From contig CAVXGK010000001.1 in the NCBI GenBank assembly GCA_963761305.1, positions 736,001-800,000 of the forward strand: a stretch of DNA of 64,000 bases, given 5' to 3'. This stretch comes from an uncultured Gemmatimonadaceae bacterium. Lineage in GTDB: Bacteria; Gemmatimonadota; Gemmatimonadetes; Gemmatimonadales; Gemmatimonadaceae. Shown in pieces: positions 29,208 through 37,875 of this stretch; position 1 is the first letter of the stretch; each line of letters starts with the position of its first letter. The notes beneath the pieces are model-generated. The model ran no database searches. It was not told the origin of the DNA and saw nothing but the letters and a program-made list of their open reading frames with translations. The position numbers were made by a program, and so were the translations under genes.

Positions 29208-29474
29208 ATGTGTCGAAACATCAAAACGCTCGCGAACTTCGAACCGCCCGCCACCGACGACGAGGTGCGCGCTTCGGCGCTGCAGTTCGTCCGCAAGCTG
29301 AGTGGATCGACCAAACCCTCGCGCGCCAATGAGGCCGCGTTCAATCAGGCGGTCGACGAGGTGACGGCGATCGCCCGCCGGCTCGTCGATTCGATCGAGA
29401 CGCACGCGCCGCCGCGCAACCGCGAGGAAGAAGCGCGCAAGGCGCACGAGCGCGGGCAGCGCCGCTTCGCATGA
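29208..29474 (+). CDS. DUF2277 family protein
   Basis: MCRNIKTL.NFEPPAT..E..A.ALQFVRK.SG signature; GGAG RBS. Confidence 0.88.
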   Translation: MCRNIKTLANFEPPATDDEVRASALQFVRKLSGSTKPSRANEAAFNQAVDEVTAIARRLVDSIETHAPPRNREEEARKAHERGQRRFA

Positions 29475-29499
29475 CCGGCCGACGCCGCGGCGCCGACTG

Positions 29500-30129
29500 A
29501 TGCTCGAGACATTTCTCACTGCGTACGGCGCGGTTTTTCTCGCCGAGATCGTCGGCGACAAGCTGCTGTACACGTCGGGCGTGCTGGCGACGCGATTTCG
29601 CTGGGGCTCCGTCATCGCGGGAATGACGCTCGCGTTCATGGCGAAGATGGCCGTCGCCGTCGCGGTGGGCGCGACGATCGGCAAGCTGCTCCCGCCGTGG
29701 CTCGTGGCGGTGCTCACCGCGGTGAGCTTCATCGGCGTGGCGATCGCGATGTGGCGTCAACCGGACGTGCGAACGCCGAAGGAGAAGGACACGCGCATTC
29801 TGCGCGGCGCGGCGATCGCGTTCTCGACGATCTTCCTGTCCGAATGGGGCGACAAGGGCATGACGACGGCCGGCGTCTGGGCCGCGGCAAGCGTCAGCGC
29901 CGCGCCGAGCCGCGGACTGACACACGGCATGGCGGCGCTCGTCGTCTGGATCGCCGCCGTGGCGGCCATGGTGACCAAGGGCGGGCTGGCGGTGACGCTC
30001 GGCACGAGCATTCGAACGTGGATCGCGGCGCACATCTCGCCTCGTCGCGTGCGTCATCTCGCCGTGCTCGCGCTCATCGTGCTGGGAATTCTGTCCGTGC
30101 TCGAGGTGACAGGGATTCTTGTCGACTGA
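29500..30129 (+). CDS. TMEM165/GDT1 (UPF0016) family membrane protein
   Basis: Two repeats with E..GDK motifs (FLAEIVGDK, FLSEWGDK); about 6 TM segments. Confidence 0.8.
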   Translation: MLETFLTAYGAVFLAEIVGDKLLYTSGVLATRFRWGSVIAGMTLAFMAKMAVAVAVGATIGKLLPPWLVAVLTAVSFIGVAIAMWRQPDVRTPKEKDTRILRGAAIAFSTIFLSEWGDKGMTTAGVWAAASVSAAPSRGLTHGMAALVVWIAAVAAMVTKGGLAVTLGTSIRTWIAAHISPRRVRHLAVLALIVLGILSVLEVTGILVD

Positions 30130-31315
30130 GCCCGTGACGGCCGGCCCGTCCCCCTCCTCCGAACGCGCGGCTGCGTTTCGCTTCATCGTCTGCCTCGGCA
30201 TCGTCAGCCTGTTCGCGGACATGACGTACGAGGGAGCCTATAGCGGGATCGGTCCGTTTCTCAACGACCTCGGTGTGACGGCGGCGCTCGTCGGACTGAT
30301 CTCGGGCTTCGGTGAGATGGTCGCGGCGAGCCTGCGCTATTTCTCGGGGCGGTTCGCCGATCGCACGCGGGCGTATTGGCCGATCGTCATCGTCGGGTAC
30401 GCGATGAACCTCATCGCGATCCCCGGCCTTGCGTTCGTACACACCTGGCAGATGGCCGCGTTACTGATCATCGCCGAACGGACCGGCAAGGCGATTCGCG
30501 GGCCGGCGCGCGACGTGCTGCTCTCCGAGGCGACCGGCGTCGTGGGCCACGGCAAGGGGTTCGGTATCCACGCGGCGATGGACCAGACTGGCGCGATCAT
30601 AGGACCGCTCTACGTCGCGTACGCGGTGGCGCGGAGTCACAAGTTCGGCCCGGCGTTTCTCATGCTCGGCATTCCGGCGATCCTGGCGCTCGCGTCGCTC
30701 CTTCTCGCGCGCCACTACCGGCCCAACAAGGGCACGCCGCCCAAGCCCAAGGCCGACGAGCCGCTCAACCGCGTCTTCTGGATCTACGTCGCCGGTTCGG
30801 GCCTGCTCGCGATGGGCTTCTTCGATTTTCCACTGTTGGGCTTCCACTTCCAACATATAGGATTGTTTACACCGCAGACCATTCCGCTGTTGTACGCCGG
30901 CGCGATGGGCGTCGTCGGGCTGACGGCATTCGTGTGCGGCCTGCTGTTCGACCGGTTCGGGATCTGGGTGCTCGTCTTCGGCATTCTGGCCACGATGTTC
31001 GCGCTGCCGCTCGGATTTCTCGGCGGACCGTCGAGTGCCGCGCTCGCGGTCATGTGCTGGGCGGCGGGACTCGGCGTGCAGGACGCGACGCTGCGCGCGG
31101 GCATTGCGCAGGTCGTGTCGATGAACAAGCGAGGCCATGCATTCGGTGCGTTCAACGGCGTGTTCGGCGTGATGTGGTTTCTCGGGAGCGCGATCATGGG
31201 ACAGCTCTACAGCCGGAGCTTGGTCGCGCTGGTGGTGTTCGGAATGATTTTCCAGATCGCGGCAGCCGCGGTCTTCGTGCTGGTGAATCGGCCGATCGAG
31301 CGCGCCACGTCGTAA
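30119..31315 (+). CDS. MFS transporter
   Basis: VSLFADMTYEG, SGRFADRT, ERTGKAIRGPARD, MDQTGA..GP; about 12 TM segments. Confidence 0.9.
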   Translation: MSTEPVTAGPSPSSERAAAFRFIVCLGIVSLFADMTYEGAYSGIGPFLNDLGVTAALVGLISGFGEMVAASLRYFSGRFADRTRAYWPIVIVGYAMNLIAIPGLAFVHTWQMAALLIIAERTGKAIRGPARDVLLSEATGVVGHGKGFGIHAAMDQTGAIIGPLYVAYAVARSHKFGPAFLMLGIPAILALASLLLARHYRPNKGTPPKPKADEPLNRVFWIYVAGSGLLAMGFFDFPLLGFHFQHIGLFTPQTIPLLYAGAMGVVGLTAFVCGLLFDRFGIWVLVFGILATMFALPLGFLGGPSSAALAVMCWAAGLGVQDATLRAGIAQVVSMNKRGHAFGAFNGVFGVMWFLGSAIMGQLYSRSLVALVVFGMIFQIAAAAVFVLVNRPIERATS

Positions 31316-31408
31316 TACAGGTGGACGGGTGGACGGTGAGAGCGACGGGAACTGCGCGCTTCCCACGCGGCTAACTTGGCTCACATGAAATTCCACTGGA
31401 GAAGCCTC

Positions 31409-31966
31409 ATGAAGCCACACCTCGCGGTCTTCGTCGCGTCGTTCGCCGCGCTGTCGAGTGTCGGCGCGCAAAAGTCGTCGCTCAAGCTGGCCAGCACCGA
31501 CGTTCACCAGGGCAAGACCATCGCGGCCGCGCAGGTTTTCAGCGGTATGGGCTGCACCGGCAGCAACACGTCGCCCGCGTTCTCGTGGAGCGGTGCGCCG
31601 GCAGGCACGAAGAGCTTCGCCCTCACGGCCTACGACCCTGACGCGCCGACGGGCAGCGGATGGTGGCATTGGGTCGTGTACAACATTCCGGCGAACGTCA
31701 CGTCGCTCCCCGCGGGCGCGGGAGATCCGAAGAAGAATCTGCTTCCCGCCGGCGCGACACAAGGCAACACGGATTTCGGCGCGCCGGGCTACGGCGGTCC
31801 GTGTCCGCCGCCCAAGGACAAGCCGCATCACTACCATTTCACGCTCTTCGCGCTCGACACGGACAAGCTGGACGTGCCGGCCGGCGCGACGGCGGCGTAC
31901 GTCGGATTCAACGTGCACGCGCACACGCTCGCCAAGACGGAACTGACCGCGCTCTACGGTCGGTAG
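31409..31966 (+). CDS. YbhB/YbcL family (PEBP/Raf kinase inhibitor-like) protein, secreted
   Basis: Signal peptide; GC.G.N.SP...WS, YDPDAPTGSGWWHW, GYGGPCPP, HHY.F. Confidence 0.93.
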   Translation: MKPHLAVFVASFAALSSVGAQKSSLKLASTDVHQGKTIAAAQVFSGMGCTGSNTSPAFSWSGAPAGTKSFALTAYDPDAPTGSGWWHWVVYNIPANVTSLPAGAGDPKKNLLPAGATQGNTDFGAPGYGGPCPPPKDKPHHYHFTLFALDTDKLDVPAGATAAYVGFNVHAHTLAKTELTALYGR

Positions 31967-31979
31967 TCGTGAGGGCCGC

Positions 31980-34925
31980 GTGACGACGTCCGTCGACCGC
32001 GAGAGTTTCGCGCCACCGGCGCGCGCGGCGTCGGCATCGCAGATCGCGGCCATCAGGGCGCCGGCGGGACCGCTCCTCGTTCTCGCCGGGCCCGGTGCGG
32101 GCAAGACGTACTGCCTCATCGAGCGCGTTCGCCATCTCGTCGAGGAGCTGCATGTCGATCCGGCGCGCATTTGCGCGTTCACGTTCACGAACAAGGCCGC
32201 CGGTGAGATCGCGCAGCGTCTCGCGTCCACGCTCGGCGCGGCGGCGGGGCACATCAAGCGCGGAACCATCCACGCGTTCTGCGCCGAATTGCTGCGCGAG
32301 CTCGGCGCGAGTGTGCTGCTCGAACCGGGATTCGGCATCGCCGACGAGGAGTATCAGCTGAGCGTGCTCCGGCGCATCGAAGGCTACCGGCGCTGGCATC
32401 CCAAAACGCTCAACCGATTCTCGGCGCACCGATTCCGCGGCGACCCGCTGCTGCACGACGACGCGGTGTTGTTCTCCCGGTACGAGCGCTTTCTCGCGAC
32501 GCGCAAGGTCGTCGACTTCGACACGCTGGTCATCAAGGCCGCCGAGCTGTTGGAGCGGGACGCCGAGGGCGCCGCGGTCCGCGCGCGATGGGACGTCATT
32601 CTCGTCGACGAATTCCAGGACTTGAATCCGGTGCAGTACCGGATCGTGAAGGCGCTGGCCAAGGACCACCGGCACGTGTTCGCCGTCGGCGACGACGAGC
32701 AGTCGATCTACTCATGGGCCGGCGCCGACCCCGAGGTGTTCAAGCGATTCCTCAATGACTTCAAGCTGTCGTCGGCGATCTGCCTCGAGGAGAATCACCG
32801 CTGTCCGCGCGACGTCTTCGAGCTGGCTCGCCGCCTCGTCACGCTCAACACGACGACCGTCGTCAAGACCGTCGAGCCGAAGGCTGATCGCCTGTCGCCC
32901 TTCCCGGTCGACGTCCGAACGTTCGACGACGACGACAAGGAATCCGCGTGGCTGGTGTCCGACCTGGCGCGCGATCGGGACGCGTTCGGACACGACTGGG
33001 GCGACGTCGCTCTGCTCTACCGCACGCACGAAATCGGGCAGGTGCTCGAGGCGGCGCTCCTCAACGCGGGAATTCCGTGCCGCCTCGCGCTCGGCAAAGC
33101 GCTGGCCGACGATCCCGTCGTCGCCTACGTGATCGCGGCGCTTCGCGTGATGAGTGCGCCAAAGAACGACGTCTTCGCCGACGCATTCTTCGCGACCGTG
33201 TTGCCACGGCCCTTGCTCGACGAAGCGCGGGCGCGCGCGGCGCGAAGCCGCCACGACGTGCGACAGGAGCTCAGGCGCATGCAGTCGCGCCGCCCTCGCC
33301 ACGACGAGACGGCGCGGCAGATCCGCCGAGCGCTGGTCGATTGGCGGAACCTCGAAGCGCTGGTCAAGCGACACTCGAGCCTCGCACCGCTTGTCCAGGA
33401 TCTGCTCTCGCGTCGCGTCGGCAAGATTCGCTCGGTGCTCGAGGATCGGCACGACGAGATTCGCGACCCGGCGACGATTCCCGAAGTCGTCGCGCTGAAA
33501 GAGCGCCTCGACGTTGCGCGCCGGACGCGTGCGACGGTGTGTCTTCCGCGCGCCGGCGGCGCGGAGATCGGGCTCAAGGCGATCCTCGCCGCCGTTGCCA
33601 TCACGAACGTCTCGCTGACCGACGACCGGCCGCCAGGCGCTCAGGTCATCGACGCGAACGAGTGCCCCGAAACGGGACTCGCGCTGGGCGTGTTCAAGGC
33701 GGCGCAACTGCTCGAGATGGACGAGTTGGACGAAGCGTTCGGCGATTTCACGGCGATCGATCTCGAGACGACCGACGACGACACGACCAAGGCCGAAATC
33801 GTGCAGATCGCCGCCGTCCGCGTACGCGCGGGAAGCACGGCCGAGACGTTCAGTGCGGTCGTTCGGCCGCGCGTTCCCATCGCGCCGGGCGCCACGGCGA
33901 CGCACGGCCTGAGCGACGCCGACGTGTCGAGCGCGTCGTACTTCGAGGAGGTCTGGCCGCGGTTCCGTGAGTTCTGCGGCGACGACGTGATCGTCGCGCA
34001 CAACGGCTACGACTTCGATTTTCGCATTCTCCAGCGGATGGTGAAGGCGATCGGCCCCGACGAACGGTTCAACGTGTGCACGTACGACACGCTGCCGCTC
34101 GCTCGCGATCTCTTCCCGACGAGCCGCAAACTCGTCGATCTCGCCCGGCAATTCGGCATTCCGCCGGGGAGATCGCATCAAGCGCTCGACGACTCGCTCA
34201 CGCTCGCCAAGGTCGTGCTCGAACTGGATCGCGAGAAGCGTTGCCGCGCTCGAAAGACTGCGCTCGTGAGCATGCTCGACCAACTCGGTATCGCGCTCGC
34301 GCTGAGCGATCCGCAAACGCTGTCGCCCGAAGCGGAGATGTTCCTCGGCGTTTGCCGAGCGTTCTCGCTGGGGCGGTACAGCACGTGCCTCGAGAACTAC
34401 GAGCGCGAGCAGGGCGACGATCTCTCGATGCCGACCGTCGACGAGGTGATCGAGCGACTTGGCGGCGCGCGGCTCATGCTGAAGATTCGCGCCGAGAAAT
34501 CGGCCGACGAGCGCTACCCGGCGGCGATGTCGCGCCTGCGACGGCTCATCGCCGAGGTGCCGGACGGTCCCCTCGACCAGCAGATCTCGGCGCTGCTGGA
34601 GCGCGCGGTGCTGTCGAAGATGGACGGCGTCGAACCGGCGCGGGGACGCGTGAATCTCCTCACGCTCCACTCGACGAAGGGCCTCGAGTTCTCGCGCGTA
34701 TACATCGTCGGCGTCGAGGACTCACAGCTTCCCGGCGGGTCGCCGACGTCCGGGCCGACGACGGCCGAGATCGAGGAGGCGCGTCGGCTGCTGTACGTCG
34801 GGATGACGCGCGTGCGCGACCGTCTCGTGCTCACGTACGATGCGACGCGCTCGGGCAAGCCGACTCGCGGGCATCGATTTCTCGACGAGGCAGGGCTCAC
34901 GCCGGCCGAGGCGGCGGTATCGTGA
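31980..34925 (+). CDS. UvrD/PcrA-like SF1A helicase with an inserted DEDDh (DnaQ-like) 3'-5' exonuclease domain
   Basis: Helicase motifs AGPGAGKT, VDEFQD, VGDDEQSIY, LEENHR, TLHSTKGLEF, EEARRLLYVGMTR; exonuclease motifs IDLETT, AHNGYDFD, HQALDD between helicase motifs IV and V. Confidence 0.9.
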   Translation: MTTSVDRESFAPPARAASASQIAAIRAPAGPLLVLAGPGAGKTYCLIERVRHLVEELHVDPARICAFTFTNKAAGEIAQRLASTLGAAAGHIKRGTIHAFCAELLRELGASVLLEPGFGIADEEYQLSVLRRIEGYRRWHPKTLNRFSAHRFRGDPLLHDDAVLFSRYERFLATRKVVDFDTLVIKAAELLERDAEGAAVRARWDVILVDEFQDLNPVQYRIVKALAKDHRHVFAVGDDEQSIYSWAGADPEVFKRFLNDFKLSSAICLEENHRCPRDVFELARRLVTLNTTTVVKTVEPKADRLSPFPVDVRTFDDDDKESAWLVSDLARDRDAFGHDWGDVALLYRTHEIGQVLEAALLNAGIPCRLALGKALADDPVVAYVIAALRVMSAPKNDVFADAFFATVLPRPLLDEARARAARSRHDVRQELRRMQSRRPRHDETARQIRRALVDWRNLEALVKRHSSLAPLVQDLLSRRVGKIRSVLEDRHDEIRDPATIPEVVALKERLDVARRTRATVCLPRAGGAEIGLKAILAAVAITNVSLTDDRPPGAQVIDANECPETGLALGVFKAAQLLEMDELDEAFGDFTAIDLETTDDDTTKAEIVQIAAVRVRAGSTAETFSAVVRPRVPIAPGATATHGLSDADVSSASYFEEVWPRFREFCGDDVIVAHNGYDFDFRILQRMVKAIGPDERFNVCTYDTLPLARDLFPTSRKLVDLARQFGIPPGRSHQALDDSLTLAKVVLELDREKRCRARKTALVSMLDQLGIALALSDPQTLSPEAEMFLGVCRAFSLGRYSTCLENYEREQGDDLSMPTVDEVIERLGGARLMLKIRAEKSADERYPAAMSRLRRLIAEVPDGPLDQQISALLERAVLSKMDGVEPARGRVNLLTLHSTKGLEFSRVYIVGVEDSQLPGGSPTSGPTTAEIEEARRLLYVGMTRVRDRLVLTYDATRSGKPTRGHRFLDEAGLTPAEAAVS

Positions 34926-35599
34926 CGGCCACGGAATGGCGCGTGTCGGTCGGCGACGCGACGACGCGCGCCGTATACGAGCCGGCCACGAACGACGACA
35001 AGGGCGCGCTGTTCAGCTGCGCGCACGGCGCCGGCGGCAACATCGCCGACCGCGCGACGCACGCCGCGGCCAGCGAGCTGCGCCGCCGTGGACTCGGCGT
35101 CGTGCGATTCAACTTCTTGTACAAAGAGCGCGGGTCCGGTCGCCCGGATCCGATGCCCAAGTTGATGGAGACGTTCGCAGCGGTGGTCGGCCACGCGCGC
35201 CGAGAGCTGGGGCCGCGCCGGCCCCTGGTGATCGGCGGCCGATCGATGGGCGGCCGAGTGGCGTCGATGCTGGCCGCTGATGGATTCGCCGCCGATGGGT
35301 TGCTGCTGCTCGCGTACCCACTCCATCCGCCGGGAAAGCCCGAGCAATTGCGCGACGCGCACCTGCCGCGCATCGGTATGCCGGTGTTGTGCTTCAACGG
35401 GACACGCGACCAGTTCTGTACGCCGGCGCTGATGGAGCGCGTTCTGAAGAACGTGACGACGCGCTGGGAGATGCACTGGCTCCAAGACGCGGACCACAGC
35501 TTTCACGTGCTCAAATCGAGTGGCCGGACGGACGCCGACGTCTTGACGGAGGTCGGCACCGCGACGGCGGCCTGGCTGCCGAGCTTGTCGCCGCGCTGA
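34922..35599 (+). CDS. Alpha/beta hydrolase (KANSL3/Tex30-like)
   Basis: AHGAG, RFNFLY, GGRSMGGR, YPLHPPGK, GTRD.F, ADHSF; GTG overlaps the upstream TGA. Confidence 0.88.
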   Translation: MTATEWRVSVGDATTRAVYEPATNDDKGALFSCAHGAGGNIADRATHAAASELRRRGLGVVRFNFLYKERGSGRPDPMPKLMETFAAVVGHARRELGPRRPLVIGGRSMGGRVASMLAADGFAADGLLLLAYPLHPPGKPEQLRDAHLPRIGMPVLCFNGTRDQFCTPALMERVLKNVTTRWEMHWLQDADHSFHVLKSSGRTDADVLTEVGTATAAWLPSLSPR

Positions 35600-35646
35600 G
35601 GCGACCCGCCCGAGACAGATTTCCCTCAGTTCTTCGGAACGACTTC

Positions 35647-35760
35647 AACGCAGATGCCGCAGACTTGAAAAGCGATTGCCGCAGATGAAGCCGAGGGAGG
35701 ACAACGACCACTCGTCGCTGTTCTGCGGCATCGCCGTTCAGATCTGCGTCATAGGCGTTT
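35647..35760. repeat. Imperfect intergenic inverted repeat built of CGCAGA(T) units
   Basis: Left arm AACGCAGATGCCGCAGA...GCGATTGCCGCAGA; right arm TCTGCGGCATCGC...TCTGCGTCATAGGCGTT; lies between convergent genes. Confidence 0.7.
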
Positions 35761-35826
35761 CAAATCTCTTTCACGGCGGCGTGGCTGGAACGCGCGGATG
35801 AAGCCGGCGTGCTCCAGGCGCAGGTC

Positions 35827-37647
35827 TCAGAACCCCGGCGGCCGCTGACCCACGACGTTGAACGCCCGCTCGAGCGCGATGCCCGCTTGCACCAGGCGGC
35901 CTTCTTCGAACAGCGGCGCGAGGAGCGTGACGCCGTGCGGCACACGCCGCGGCGGGTTGAACTTGGGAAGCGGGTTTGCCGGATCCGGCGCCCAATCACT
36001 GCGGGCCTCCGACACGTTCACGAAGCCGGCCCGCAGCGTGAGCGACGGCTGTCCGGTGAAGTTCGAGATCGTGAGCATCTCGTCGCGCAGCGACGGAACG
36101 AGCAGGAGATCAACCTTCTCGAACAACTTCGCCATCTCCGCGGCAACCATGCGGCGGAAACGATCCGCCTGCACGAAGTCCACGGCCGACAGGAATCGCG
36201 CTTCGCGAAAGAGATTCGGCCACGCGTCGGGCACCTGCGCCTTGAGCTGATCCGCACGGCCGTCGAGGGTGATGTCCTCGAACGACGCCGCCGCCTCGGC
36301 GAAGAGAATCAGCTGCAGCGAGTCGTACGGCCAATCGGGGAGTGAGACCTCGACCGGCACCATCCCGACCGACTTGATCGTGTCGAGCGCGGCGCGGTCG
36401 ACCTCGGTCGCCGGTGCCTCCTTCATCCACGCCGGGAAGTAGCCGACACGCAGTCCCTTCACGCTCTCGTTCGCGTCGAAGTCGAGATGCGCGGGCACGC
36501 TCTCCAAGTCGCCCGCGTCGGGGCCGGCGATCGCGTGCAGCACGAGCATCGTGTCTTCGACGCTCCGCGTCATCGGGCCGAGCTTGTCGAGCGACCAGCA
36601 CAGCGTCATCGCGCCGGTGCGCGGCACGCGACCGAACGTCGGACGCAGGCCGGTCACGCCGCAGCGCATCGACGGCGCGATGATGCTGCCGCCCGTCTCA
36701 CTGCCGACCGAGAATCCGACGAGCGCCGCCGCCGTCGCCGCGCCCGGCCCCGCGCTCGATCCCGACGCGCCTTCCTGGAGCAGCCACGGATTCATCGTCT
36801 GTCCGCCGAACCAGATGTCGTTCAACGCCAGCGCGCCGAGGCTGAGCTTCGCGATGAGCACGGCGCCTGCACCCTTCAATCGCGCGACGACCGCCGAGTC
36901 GACGGTGGGAACGCGGTTGCGATAGAACTCGGCGCCGTACGTCGTGGGAATGCCGGCGGTGTCCAGGAGATCCTTACCGCCCCACGGAATCCCGTGCAGC
37001 GGGCCGCGATACTTCCCTGCCGCGATATCGGCGTCGGCCTGCTTCGCCTGAGCGAGCGCGTTGTCGCGGTTGAGCGTGATGATGCAGCGGAGCTTGGGAT
37101 CGAAGCGCTGAATGCGGTCGAGATAGATGTTGGTGAGGCGCGTCGACGTGAGCTTCTTGCTCTCGATCCAGCGCGAGAGTTGGGTGACCGACGCGAAAGC
37201 GATATCGTCGTCCGCGGATGGGAGGGGTGCGGTGGCGGCGTGCGGAGACGTACGGATGAATCGGTCGCGCGACGGACCGACCTTCTGGTTGGGAAGCGCT
37301 GGATTCCACTTCGAGCCCGGCGCGACGCTGGCGTCGATCGGCACTTTGCGGGGCCCGGTTCGACGCTCGAGCAGGAACGCCATCGACGTGCGCCAGCTCG
37401 ATGCGGCCATCGCGCGTTGCGGGTCGGTCAGCGTCACCTGGGCCAGCTTCTCGGCCTCGGCGAAGGTCGCCGGGGCGACGGCGGGGCCGACCGCCGGCGC
37501 GGTCCCGAAGGTCGGCGGCGCGCCGGGCGTGCTCGGAACGCCCGATGAGCCCGATGTCGACGGTGATTGGCTCGAACCGCTGCACGCCGCGGCGGCTCCG
37601 AGGAGGCCGAGTGGGGCTTGAGCGATGAAATGACGACGCGAACTCAC
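35827..37647 (-). CDS. Amidase-signature family enzyme with Tat/lipoprotein-like leader
   Basis: SRRHF...LLGAAAAC leader; GPLHGIP...KD, GSSAG, GSETGGSI..P...CG..GLRPT.GRV. GTG start at 37647 inferred. Confidence 0.9.
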   Translation of the reverse strand: MSSRRHFIAQAPLGLLGAAAACSGSSQSPSTSGSSGVPSTPGAPPTFGTAPAVGPAVAPATFAEAEKLAQVTLTDPQRAMAASSWRTSMAFLLERRTGPRKVPIDASVAPGSKWNPALPNQKVGPSRDRFIRTSPHAATAPLPSADDDIAFASVTQLSRWIESKKLTSTRLTNIYLDRIQRFDPKLRCIITLNRDNALAQAKQADADIAAGKYRGPLHGIPWGGKDLLDTAGIPTTYGAEFYRNRVPTVDSAVVARLKGAGAVLIAKLSLGALALNDIWFGGQTMNPWLLQEGASGSSAGPGAATAAALVGFSVGSETGGSIIAPSMRCGVTGLRPTFGRVPRTGAMTLCWSLDKLGPMTRSVEDTMLVLHAIAGPDAGDLESVPAHLDFDANESVKGLRVGYFPAWMKEAPATEVDRAALDTIKSVGMVPVEVSLPDWPYDSLQLILFAEAAASFEDITLDGRADQLKAQVPDAWPNLFREARFLSAVDFVQADRFRRMVAAEMAKLFEKVDLLLVPSLRDEMLTISNFTGQPSLTLRAGFVNVSEARSDWAPDPANPLPKFNPPRRVPHGVTLLAPLFEEGRLVQAGIALERAFNVVGQRPPGF

Positions 37648-37875
37648 GGTATCCTCGTGCGCGGAAGGCTCGAATTCGACTTGCAAGGCGTCGGTAAACA
37701 CGCCAGGCCGGATGCCCGCCGCAACAGCGGAGCGGCGGCTTCCCACGTTCATATGTCGGGCGTATTGTAGCTCTCGTGCCCCCGGTTCGCTGCTTCGTCG
37801 CGCGCCCCCCGGAGTCTCGCACTGCATGGCTGCTCCCAGCGGAACCCCATCTCGCTGTACCCAGGAGGATCGCTC

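Noticed and set aside
27606..29732. Long antisense ORFs (708 aa here; also 25..1320, 30461..32338, 32712..34670, 61042..63030)
   Set aside because: They shadow well-supported genes on the opposite strand, lack recognisable motifs and are expected in high-GC DNA.
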